The notes beneath the pieces are model-generated. The model saw nothing but the letters and a program-made list of their open reading frames with translations. It did not search any database and was not told the origin of the DNA. A stretch of DNA of 32,000 bases from Erysipelotrichaceae bacterium (GTDB lineage: Bacteria > Bacillota_I > Bacilli_A > Erysipelotrichales > Erysipelotrichaceae): the NCBI GenBank assembly GCA_963676105.1, contig OY781039.1, positions 540,001 to 572,000 on the forward strand, given 5' to 3'. Positions 9,028-17,408 of this stretch are shown in pieces (the stretch's first letter is position 1; each line of letters opens with the position of its first letter). Made by a program: the position numbers and the translations under genes.

Positions 9028-9973
9028 TATCTTTCTCCTTTAATCGATTTCTCAGTGCTTCAAGCACATGTTCAATATCTTCTAAGCGCAATCCTTTAAC
9101 AGCTGCAGCCAAAACATGGCCACCTCCATTAAATGTACGTGCGATATCATTAACAGTTTTATGACGTGATCTTAGAGAACCATTATACAGTCCCCCTTCT
9201 GCTTCGCTCTGTTCGATAAACATTGCCCAAATTTCAGTTTCACGCACTAAGCCAAGTTCATATATTTTTTCTTTGGCAATGGCTTGTCTAACATTGTAGT
9301 GTTCTAAATCACTTTGTTTAACGATTAAGTAAACTAAATTTCCATCATAGATAGCATTTTGTCGAATAAAACTCGTGAAATCGAGCTCTTCTTTACTTAA
9401 AGCAAATAACTCATCATTCAAACGTCCTAAATTAATATGTGACTTAAGTAAGTAAGCAGCCATTTCTAACGTTTGTGGGCGCGTATTTCGAGTAGAAAAA
9501 CGTAGTGTATCTGCAAGAATCCCTAAATATAAATAGTTTGCGATTTCGCAATCTAGTGCATCTTTTTGAAAATGATGAATAAATTCAGTCACAAGTTCGC
9601 TTGAAGATGCTGCTTTATCATCAATCCATTCTAGATCTGCATATACTTCTACAAAGGGATGGTGATCAATCTTGACTCTTTTATCAGCCATTAAAAAGCG
9701 TTGATCGTCAATTCTGGCAGCATTGGCTGTATCGGTAATAATCGCTAGGCTTTTTTTGACATCTTCATCACTAATAGTTTCATAAATGCCAAAAAGATGC
9801 GGCGAGGAACCTCGGTGCGCACCCATGGCAACTATTCTTTTTTGAGGATATTTTTCTTGTAACCAAGCGACTAAACCAAATTGACTCCCTAAAGCATCTG
9901 CATCAGGATTTTGATGTCTAAAGACACAGACTGTTGAGTATTTTTCAATTTCGTTTAATATTTCTTGTTTCAT
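9011..9973 (-). CDS. nrnA: DHH/DHHA1-family phosphoesterase, NrnA-like oligoribonuclease / pAp phosphatase
   Basis: DHH-family motifs HQNPDADALGS, ITDTAN, IDHHPF and DHHA1 GGGH (FNGGGHVLAAA). Length of 320 aa is typical of NrnA. Its ATG overlaps the ackA stop (TAATG). Confidence 0.85.
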   Translation of the reverse strand: MKQEILNEIEKYSTVCVFRHQNPDADALGSQFGLVAWLQEKYPQKRIVAMGAHRGSSPHLFGIYETISDEDVKKSLAIITDTANAARIDDQRFLMADKRVKIDHHPFVEVYADLEWIDDKAASSSELVTEFIHHFQKDALDCEIANYLYLGILADTLRFSTRNTRPQTLEMAAYLLKSHINLGRLNDELFALSKEELDFTSFIRQNAIYDGNLVYLIVKQSDLEHYNVRQAIAKEKIYELGLVRETEIWAMFIEQSEAEGGLYNGSLRSRHKTVNDIARTFNGGGHVLAAAVKGLRLEDIEHVLEALRNRLKEKDNESTQ

Positions 9974-11166
9974 TAACCAATAATCTCAAATGTATCGCGA
10001 GCAATCACTAATTCTTCGTTTGTTGGGACAACCCATACACAAACTTTTGATTCAGGTGTTGATAAAGGAACTTCTTTACCACGTATGGTTAAGTTTAGAT
10101 CATAATCAATCTTTAAGCCCATGGCTTCTTCAACGTTTTTAAGGATACCTTGACGAACTAATGCATCATTTTCACCTAAACCACCCGTAAATAAGATGCC
10201 ATCAACATGACCTAATTGGACAAAGTAAGCACCAATGAAGTCAGCCACACGCTTACAATACATATCACGTGTTAGTTTTGCTCTTTCATTTCCTTCATCA
10301 ATGGCGTTTTCAATATCACGTGCATCTGATGAAATACCTGAAACACCAAGCATACCTGATTTTTTATTTAAGATATTAACGACTTCAGTTTCTGATTGAC
10401 CTGTTTTTTCCATAATAAATGAAATAATTGCTGGATCAATATCACCTGAACGTGTACCCATCATGACCCCAGCAAGCGGTGTGAAGCCCATGGATGTATT
10501 AATAGATTTTCCACCTTGTACAGCCGCAATAGATGCGCCATTACCTAAGTGACAAGTAATCACATTTAAATCTTTAACATCTTTATTTAATAGTTCTGCA
10601 AAGCGATGAGAAATGTAGAAATGAGAAGTTCCGTGGAAACCATAACGACGGATTTTATAGTCTTCATAGTACTCGTAAGGAATCGCATACATATAAGTAT
10701 CTTTAGCCATCGTTTGATGGAAAGCTGTATCAAATACGGCAACGTGTCGAGCATGTGGTAATGCTGCAGCGAAAGCTCTAAAGCCAACTAAGTTTGCTGG
10801 ATTATGAAGTGGAGCTAAGTCCGCTAAAGCTTCAATATTTTTTTCAACTTCAGCTGTGATTTCAACAGATGATTGATAGAGTTCACCACCATGAACCACA
10901 CGGTGTCCACAGCCTGTAATTGAATCGAGTGAATCGACAATTTTATGTTCAATTAAAGCGTCAAGAACGAGTTGAACCGCTACTTTATGATCTGGAATAT
11001 CTTGTGTAACTTTTACTTTTTCATCAGCAAATTTTAAAGTAAAAATTCCATCATTTAATCCGATTCTTTCGATAACACCACTACAAAGAACATTTTCACT
11101 AGGTAGTTCGAATAGTTGGAATTTAAGGGATGAAGATCCCGCATTGACTGCAATAATTGTTTTCAT
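9973..11166 (-). CDS. ackA: Acetate kinase
   Basis: MKTIIAVNAGSSSLKFQLF..., HRVVHGG, FDTAFHQTM, YGFHGTSH, ITCHLGNGASI, GTRSGDIDP, TNEELVIARDT. I use the ATG at 11166, preceded by AAAGGAGAA; the 8-codon extension in the ORF track is unlikely. Confidence 0.95.
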   Translation of the reverse strand: MKTIIAVNAGSSSLKFQLFELPSENVLCSGVIERIGLNDGIFTLKFADEKVKVTQDIPDHKVAVQLVLDALIEHKIVDSLDSITGCGHRVVHGGELYQSSVEITAEVEKNIEALADLAPLHNPANLVGFRAFAAALPHARHVAVFDTAFHQTMAKDTYMYAIPYEYYEDYKIRRYGFHGTSHFYISHRFAELLNKDVKDLNVITCHLGNGASIAAVQGGKSINTSMGFTPLAGVMMGTRSGDIDPAIISFIMEKTGQSETEVVNILNKKSGMLGVSGISSDARDIENAIDEGNERAKLTRDMYCKRVADFIGAYFVQLGHVDGILFTGGLGENDALVRQGILKNVEEAMGLKIDYDLNLTIRGKEVPLSTPESKVCVWVVPTNEELVIARDTFEIIG

Positions 11167-11190
11167 GTGTATTTTTCTCCTTTTTAACAC

Positions 11191-11511
11191 TTATTCATCG
11201 CATTTTTCTAATAAATCTACAATTTTATTCACGGAATCATCATTTAAATCCCGTAACATACCATAATATTTTAAACGCAAGTGGTACAGTTTAACAATAG
11301 ACAATTGTGATTCTAGCTTTTCTAACAAGATTTCACTTCGATGTAAACTGTCATGAACTGCACTTCTTGAGGTATTTGTGTGTTCAGCTATCTCAGATAA
11401 AGATAAATCTTCTCGATAGTATAACTGAGCTATTTCTCTTTGTTTATTAGTTAATTGATTCTCATAGAAATCCAATAAGTCATTCATTCGTTCTGTTTTA
11501 TCCAACATCAT
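11191..11511 (-). CDS. ylxM: YlxM/UPF0122-family putative HTH protein (SRP-associated)
   Basis: 106 aa: LLDFYENQLTNKQREIAQLYYREDLSLSEIAEHTNTSRSAVHDSLHRSE matches the YlxM sigma-70 region-4-like HTH. Located directly after ftsY as in Bacillus-type loci. Confidence 0.85.
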   Translation of the reverse strand: MMLDKTERMNDLLDFYENQLTNKQREIAQLYYREDLSLSEIAEHTNTSRSAVHDSLHRSEILLEKLESQLSIVKLYHLRLKYYGMLRDLNDDSVNKIVDLLEKCDE

Positions 11512-12439
11512 TTAACTCACTTGATATAGCTTCAATGAAACTAGATGCACTAAATGGTCTAAGATCATTAACCCCTTCACCTAAACCAATATAGACAACC
11601 GGTAATTTAAGTTCTGATGCAATCGCAATTAAGCTACCTGCTTTAGCACTGCCATCCATTTTGGTGCAAATAATGCCACTCACTTCAACTGACTCTAAAA
11701 AAGTTTGTGCTTGAGACAGCGCATTTTGACCAGTACTAGCATCTAAGATTAAAAAGACATGTTGAGCTTTAAAGCTTAAGGTTTTTTCTATGACGCGATG
11801 AATTTTTGCTAATTCATTCATTAAATTTACTTTATTTTGAAGCCGTCCAGCTGTATCCACAATCACAACATCGTAAGCTTCTTCTTTGGCTAAACGACAG
11901 CCATCAACGACAACCGATGCAGGATCTGCATTTTCTTTTCCAAAAATACATTTAACATCAATTTTTTCAGCCCAAGTTTGTAGTTGCATGACTGCTGCTG
12001 CTCTAAAGGTATCAGCCGCAATAAGCATTACTTTTTTACCTTCATTTTTAAATTGATGAGCTAGTTTAGCACTTGTGGTTGTTTTGCCTGAACCATTGAC
12101 ACCCACCATTAAGATGACTTGCATCTCTTCTTCAAAGTCTGGATAAACTTTAAAGCGAGAAATGACTTCTTGAGTGAGCTCTAAAACAGCTTCTTGGCTT
12201 GTTTCAGGTTTTATCTTTTTTAGTTTATTGATTAAATCTTGGCTTATTTTTTGACCAACATCGCTATCAATTAAGACATTTTTGAGTTCAAGATAAAAGT
12301 TTTCATCAACGGTTTTACTTAAACCTAATAATCGTTTTAAACCACGACCAAAGTGTTTCTCAGTCTCTCTTAAACCTTCTTCGTAGACTTCATCTTCTTG
12401 TCCACTGATGAAATTTTTAACTTTTGAGAAAAAACTCAT
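11498..12439 (-). CDS. ftsY: Signal recognition particle receptor FtsY (short form, NG domain only)
   Basis: GVNGSGKTTT (G1), DTFRAAA, DTAGRL (G3), TKMDG (G4), GLGEGVNDL. ATGA overlap with the smc stop. Confidence 0.95.
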   Translation of the reverse strand: MSFFSKVKNFISGQEDEVYEEGLRETEKHFGRGLKRLLGLSKTVDENFYLELKNVLIDSDVGQKISQDLINKLKKIKPETSQEAVLELTQEVISRFKVYPDFEEEMQVILMVGVNGSGKTTTSAKLAHQFKNEGKKVMLIAADTFRAAAVMQLQTWAEKIDVKCIFGKENADPASVVVDGCRLAKEEAYDVVIVDTAGRLQNKVNLMNELAKIHRVIEKTLSFKAQHVFLILDASTGQNALSQAQTFLESVEVSGIICTKMDGSAKAGSLIAIASELKLPVVYIGLGEGVNDLRPFSASSFIEAISSELNDVG

Positions 12440-15396
12440 GCTTCACCTTCTACTTCTTCAACCGCTGTATTTTCAACGGTTGGTTCTGCCATCATCATCG
12501 CATCTGCTAGACGAACTTTCAACATTTGTGATACACCACCTTGTTGCATTGTTACCCCATATAGAATGTCACACATCGCCATTGTGCCTGGCCTATGGGT
12601 TAAAACGATGAATTGTGTATTCTCTTCAGAGAAGTGTTTCATGTAATGGGCAAAACGCTCGACGTTTGCTTGATCTAATGCGGCTTCGACCTCATCAAAG
12701 ACACATAAAGGCATATGACGCACTTGTAAAATCGCAAATAAAACAGAGATCGCAATTAAACTCTTTTCGCCCCCCGAGAATAAGCGCATATTTTTAATCG
12801 ATTTACCTTTAGGTTGAACATGAATTTCAATCCCTGAGTTTAAGACATCCTCAGGATTATCTAAAGCTAGATATGCATGACCACCACCAAACATATGTTG
12901 AATAACATTTGGTAAGACTTCATTGATTTTTGCGATGATATCAGAGAATTGTTCAATCATGATGCCATCAAGTTCAGTGATTAAACCTAATATTTTGTCG
13001 CGACTTTCTTCGATTTCTGCAACTTGTTCACCCATATGTTCATAACGACTATTGACTTCTTCAAAGTCTGCTGGTGCATTCATATTAATGTTACCTAAAC
13101 GTTCAATATCTTCTCTAAGTTGTGCAACTTCCTCAACCGCATTCTCAGAAATAATTTCTATTGGATGTTCAAGGGTATATTCATAAGTCATTTGATAATC
13201 AGATGACAAACGATTCATTAAGTTTTCAATATTGGTTTGAGAACGTGTAATGTCTAAATCTAATTCATGTTGAGATGTCTTTAAGGCAGACAACTCACGA
13301 CGTTGTTGACGCATTTGCGTATCACGACGTTCACTCTCATCACCTTGTTTTAGTCTTGTTTCACGTTTTGATTCAAGTTGAAGTTTTAAATCATCGCGAT
13401 CCGAATAAGCTTTATTCAATAAATCAATCAAATCATCACTAAAATCTTCATCTTCACTCATATTTGGATTAATGGATTCTAAATCAGCTTTAAGACGTTC
13501 ATATTTGGCACGTTTAGCTTCAACCACTGGTTCAAGTTGGGCAGCAGCTAAGCGTTGATCTAAAAGATTAGAGTCACACTCACTTTTTTCATTACTTAGT
13601 TCAAACAATTTATTTTGAAGCTCATCAACACTTGCTTGATAGGTTTCGATTTGTTCTTTAAGTTGATCCATTTCCTTATTTAAAGATAAGGGTGAATTGC
13701 TGTCCTTTTGACGACCACCAGTCATGGATCCACCACGATGGATAACATCGCCGTCAAGGGTAACAATCTTATATTGGTAATTGAGAAGCTTTGCCATCTC
13801 ATTCCCATTTTCAAGTTCATCAACCACTAAAACATTACCTAATAAGGATTCATTCACAATGTCATATTTAGGTTCACAAATGACAAAATCAGCCGCAACC
13901 CCTAAATAGCCTTTTGTTTCAGATGCAATAATCGAATGTTCACGATTAATATAACGAGCTCTAAGAACGGTTAAAGGTAAAAACGTTGCACGTCCTGATT
14001 CATTTTTCTTTAAGAAATTAATTGCGCGACGGGCAGATTCTTCATCTTTAGTAACGATGTTATATAAAGCCCCACCAAAGGCAGTTGATATCGCATCTTC
14101 ATACCCTTTTTCAGGCACCATTAAATTTGAGATAACGCCAAAAACACCATTTAAACTAGCTTGTGCTCGAACAATGGATTGAACCCCTTGTTGATTCATA
14201 AATGGTCTAGCTTTTAAATTTTCTGCGACTTCTAATTTGTTCTTAGCCCGTTGTAAACGATGTTTGCTTTCTTCAACTAAACTATTTTGATCAATTAAAG
14301 CACGATTGATTTCAATCGTTTTTTGATTTAAGTTTTCAATTTCTTTAGTGATATTTTCTAAACGATGTGAGCGATCTTCAAATTCAACTTTAGCTTCTTG
14401 ATAAAGTGATTTAAGTTCATTTGCTCGTTCTTCATTATTCCCTGTTTCTAGGGTATATTTACGACGTTCATCAATCTCAATTTTACGGGTCTCTAAGGTT
14501 TGAATTTCATTCATAACATGCATTAAACGTTCTTGTATCTCATGTATACTTTGATCTAGTTCATGAATTTCAGTGCGCGCAATTAGATTGGTATTCTCAT
14601 GTACTTGAATTTGCGCTTCTAAAATAGCTTCTTGAGCTGAGAGTTCATTCACCTGGTTTTGATTATCACTTAAACGATTATTAAGGGTTGTGATTTGATC
14701 CGAAATAACCGCAATTTCAATTTCTTGGAGTCGTTGTTTCTTTTCAGCATATATTTTAGCTTTTTGAGCCGCTTTTTTAAGCGGTAGAACCTGTTTTTGA
14801 AGTTCTAAGTAAATATCATTAATACGATCTAAATTCGCTTGAGTACGCTCTAATTTATGAACAGCATCATCTTTACGTTTACGATATTTTGCAACACCAG
14901 CAGCTTCTTCAAAAATACCACGACGATCAATGGGTTTAGCTTCCGCAAAGTTAGAAATCGTTCCTTGCGAAATCATACTTAAAGATTCACGACCAATGCC
15001 GCTATCTAAAACTAAATTATGGATGTCTTTTAATCGACAAGCTGTTTTATTGATTAAATATTCACCTGAAGAATCTGAACGATGAATACGACGAGTAATT
15101 TCGATTTCTTCAAAGTCAGAATCAAAAGCACGATCATGATTATCAAAAACCAGAGTCACCTCTGCAAATTGAACACGACGTCGTCCTTCACTTCCCGCAA
15201 AAATAACATCCACCATTTGGGATGATCTTAATGATTTAACAGATTGCTCACCTAAAACCCAACGGATCGCATCAACAATATTACTTTTACCACAACCATT
15301 AGGTCCTACAACCCCAGTTAATGCATGGTCAAAGTTAATTGTGACTTTATCCGCAAAGGATTTAAAGCCTTGCATTTCAATACGCTTTAAAAACAT
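12436..15396 (-). CDS. smc: Chromosome partition protein SMC (compact, 986 aa)
   Basis: Walker A GPNGCGKSN, long coiled-coil arms, hinge around GVFGVISNL...LGNVLVVD, signature LSGGEKS, Walker B LCVFDEVEAALD. GGAGG lies 6 nt upstream of the ATG. Confidence 0.95.
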   Translation of the reverse strand: MFLKRIEMQGFKSFADKVTINFDHALTGVVGPNGCGKSNIVDAIRWVLGEQSVKSLRSSQMVDVIFAGSEGRRRVQFAEVTLVFDNHDRAFDSDFEEIEITRRIHRSDSSGEYLINKTACRLKDIHNLVLDSGIGRESLSMISQGTISNFAEAKPIDRRGIFEEAAGVAKYRKRKDDAVHKLERTQANLDRINDIYLELQKQVLPLKKAAQKAKIYAEKKQRLQEIEIAVISDQITTLNNRLSDNQNQVNELSAQEAILEAQIQVHENTNLIARTEIHELDQSIHEIQERLMHVMNEIQTLETRKIEIDERRKYTLETGNNEERANELKSLYQEAKVEFEDRSHRLENITKEIENLNQKTIEINRALIDQNSLVEESKHRLQRAKNKLEVAENLKARPFMNQQGVQSIVRAQASLNGVFGVISNLMVPEKGYEDAISTAFGGALYNIVTKDEESARRAINFLKKNESGRATFLPLTVLRARYINREHSIIASETKGYLGVAADFVICEPKYDIVNESLLGNVLVVDELENGNEMAKLLNYQYKIVTLDGDVIHRGGSMTGGRQKDSNSPLSLNKEMDQLKEQIETYQASVDELQNKLFELSNEKSECDSNLLDQRLAAAQLEPVVEAKRAKYERLKADLESINPNMSEDEDFSDDLIDLLNKAYSDRDDLKLQLESKRETRLKQGDESERRDTQMRQQRRELSALKTSQHELDLDITRSQTNIENLMNRLSSDYQMTYEYTLEHPIEIISENAVEEVAQLREDIERLGNINMNAPADFEEVNSRYEHMGEQVAEIEESRDKILGLITELDGIMIEQFSDIIAKINEVLPNVIQHMFGGGHAYLALDNPEDVLNSGIEIHVQPKGKSIKNMRLFSGGEKSLIAISVLFAILQVRHMPLCVFDEVEAALDQANVERFAHYMKHFSEENTQFIVLTHRPGTMAMCDILYGVTMQQGGVSQMLKVRLADAMMMAEPTVENTAVEEVEGEA

Positions 15397-15421
15397 GGAA
15401 TGCCTCCATTCAACATCCCTT

Positions 15422-15427
15422 ATTATA
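15422..15427 (-). promoter_or_regulatory. Candidate -10 (TATAAT) of the smc operon promoter
   Basis: The minus strand reads ttaaaa-N17-TATAAT aagggatgttgaatGGAGGcattccATG. Confidence 0.4.
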
Positions 15428-15431
15428 GCTT

Positions 15432-15464
15432 AAAAAGTGGTTTCTTTTAACATCGAAACCACTT
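15432..15464 (-). terminator. Rho-independent terminator of the repressor gene
   Basis: The minus strand reads AGTGGTTTC gatgttaaaa GAAACCACT TTTTT, beginning 3 nt after the stop at 15467. Confidence 0.8.
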
Positions 15465-15466
15465 AT

Positions 15467-16060
15467 TTATAGACGTATTTTAACGTGTATGACTTTACCA
15501 AAGATTTGGATTGGAATATTTTCAATTTCTTCTGGTCCATAGATGCGATCTGCATAGGCATCATTCTCAGAATGTAGGATCAGTTTATTCCCTTCATAGA
15601 AGACTCTCTTAACAGTTGCCTCATCATCAACCATAACCACCGCAATCTCACCATTTTCTACATGATTTTGACGTTTAACATAGATTAAATCTTTTGGAAA
15701 CATACGGGCATTAATCATTGAATCCCCGACTACTTCTAAATAAAAGTAAGTTCCACCACGGGCTTCTTCCATTGGCACGCGCTCATGACCTAAGTATTCC
15801 TCTTGAGCAATTTGATTTGGTCCACCACGCACAAGCCCAATAATTGGAATATCTACTCCATCAATTCCGTTTAATAGTTCATCCACTGTTAAATTAAATA
15901 AATCAGCTAAACCAGACAAAACTTTCATTGGTGGCATAGCAGACCCATCTTCCCACTTTTGTATGGTTGTAAAAGACTTATAACCAAAGTGACTTGCGAG
16001 ATCATTTTGACTATAGCCCTTTTCTTTTCTTAGTTGTTTTAAATGTTCATTGAAGTTCAT
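15467..16060 (-). CDS. LexA-like SOS repressor of the XRE-HTH + S24 peptidase type (HdiR-like)
   Basis: N-terminal HTH_3 (LKQLRKEKGYSQNDLASHFGYKSFTTIQKWEDG). The C-terminus aligns residue by residue to LexA: IPIIGLVRGGPNQIAQEEYLGH vs [22 protein letters not shown]. Catalytic GDSM (Ser114) and TVKR (Lys151). Divergent from a Y-family polymerase. Confidence 0.9.
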   Translation of the reverse strand: MNFNEHLKQLRKEKGYSQNDLASHFGYKSFTTIQKWEDGSAMPPMKVLSGLADLFNLTVDELLNGIDGVDIPIIGLVRGGPNQIAQEEYLGHERVPMEEARGGTYFYLEVVGDSMINARMFPKDLIYVKRQNHVENGEIAVVMVDDEATVKRVFYEGNKLILHSENDAYADRIYGPEEIENIPIQIFGKVIHVKIRL

Positions 16061-16081
16061 AACTACGTATATAATACAATA

Positions 16082-16100
16082 ACTTGAAAAATATTCAAGT
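16082..16100. promoter_or_regulatory. Operator 1: perfect palindrome ACTTGAA-N5-TTCAAGT
   Basis: acttgaaaaatattcaagt. Overlaps the -35 (TTGAAT, 16093..16098 minus) of the repressor promoter, whose -10 TATTAT lies at 16071..16076. Confidence 0.7.
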
Positions 16101-16110
16101 AGTACTTGAG

Positions 16111-16129
16111 ACTTGAATATAATTCAAGT
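16111..16129. promoter_or_regulatory. Operator 2: perfect palindrome ACTTGAA-N5-TTCAAGT enclosing a TATAAT
   Basis: acttgaatataattcaagt. TATAAT at 16118..16123 (plus) is the likely -10 of the polymerase operon. An extra half-site-like tACTTGAg lies at 16103..16110. Confidence 0.7.
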
Positions 16130-16151
16130 AAACTAGACTTAGGAAGAATTT

Positions 16152-17408
16152 ATGAAAGATCGAATTATATTACACTGTGATTTAAATAACTTTTATGCCT
16201 CGGTAGAATGCCTTCATAACCCTCAATATAAAAATGTTCCCTTAGCGGTTGGGGGTGATATTGAGAAACGACATGGCATCATTTTAGCGAAGAATCAAAT
16301 CGCGAAACGCTATGGCATCCAAACCGGTGAAGCTTTATGGCAAGCCAAAGCTAAGTGTCCAAATTTAGTTTTTGTGAAACCTAATTTTTCACTGTATTTA
16401 CGATTCTCTAAAATGGTTAAAAACATTTATAAAGAATATACTGATCAAGTTGAATCCTTTGGGATTGATGAAGCTTGGTTAGATGTGACCCATAGCATTC
16501 ACCTTTTTAACTGTTCGCCTGGTCAACTAGCTGATCAAATACGTGAACGAATTAAAAAAGAAGTCGGTATTACAGCTTCAGTGGGCGTTAGTTTTAATAA
16601 GGTATTCGCAAAACTTGGTTCAGATATGAAAAAACCAGATGCGACCACACTCATTACCAAAGAAAATATGGAAGATCTTATCTATCCTTTACCGATTAGT
16701 GACTTATTATACGTTGGTCGAGCGACGACTAAGAAAATGAAAGAAATCGGCATCTTCACGATTGGTGATTGTGCTCGATATGATGTGAATATATTAAAAA
16801 GAAGATTGGGTAAATGGGGCGAATATATTTGGCGTTTTGCGAACGGTCTAGAAAATAGTGCCGTGGCGGTCAATGATAATCAACCTCTAGTCAAATCAAT
16901 TGGGAATAGTACTACTTCTCCTAAAGATCTCAATAATTTAGAAGATGTTAAGATTGTGACTTATATCTTAGCTGAAAGTGTAGCAGCTCGATTAAAAGAG
17001 GCTCATTTAATGTGCAAAACCGTCACCATTGGTGTGCGTGATAAAAATCTAGAACATTTCTCCCGACAAATGCCTTTAAACCACCCTTCTCAACTATCTG
17101 AAACGATTGCCCAAGCGGCACTACATCTTTTTAAAGAACATGTTGATTTTAAAGTTCCTTTAAGAAGCATTGGGGTTAAAGCCTCTGATTTAGTGGCAGA
17201 ACAAGATATTCTACAACTTGATATCTTTATGTCTTATGACGAAGAAGAAAAAGCCTTAAGTTTAGAAAAAACCATTGAACATATTCGCCAACGTTATGGT
17301 TTTAACAGTGTCCAAAGGGCTTTAATGTTAAGTGATACGGATTTGAGTGGCTTTAATCCAAAAGAAGATCATGTCATTTTTCCAGAGGCTTACTTTAAAG
17401 GCTCATGA
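16152..17408 (+). CDS. Y-family (translesion) DNA polymerase, UmuC/DinB-like
   Basis: ILHCDLNNFYASVE, FGIDEAWLDVT (catalytic D/E), SVGVSFNKVFAKLGSDMKKPD, LPISDLLYVGRAT. AGGAAG SD 6 nt upstream of the ATG. Confidence 0.92.
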   Translation: MKDRIILHCDLNNFYASVECLHNPQYKNVPLAVGGDIEKRHGIILAKNQIAKRYGIQTGEALWQAKAKCPNLVFVKPNFSLYLRFSKMVKNIYKEYTDQVESFGIDEAWLDVTHSIHLFNCSPGQLADQIRERIKKEVGITASVGVSFNKVFAKLGSDMKKPDATTLITKENMEDLIYPLPISDLLYVGRATTKKMKEIGIFTIGDCARYDVNILKRRLGKWGEYIWRFANGLENSAVAVNDNQPLVKSIGNSTTSPKDLNNLEDVKIVTYILAESVAARLKEAHLMCKTVTIGVRDKNLEHFSRQMPLNHPSQLSETIAQAALHLFKEHVDFKVPLRSIGVKASDLVAEQDILQLDIFMSYDEEEKALSLEKTIEHIRQRYGFNSVQRALMLSDTDLSGFNPKEDHVIFPEAYFKGS

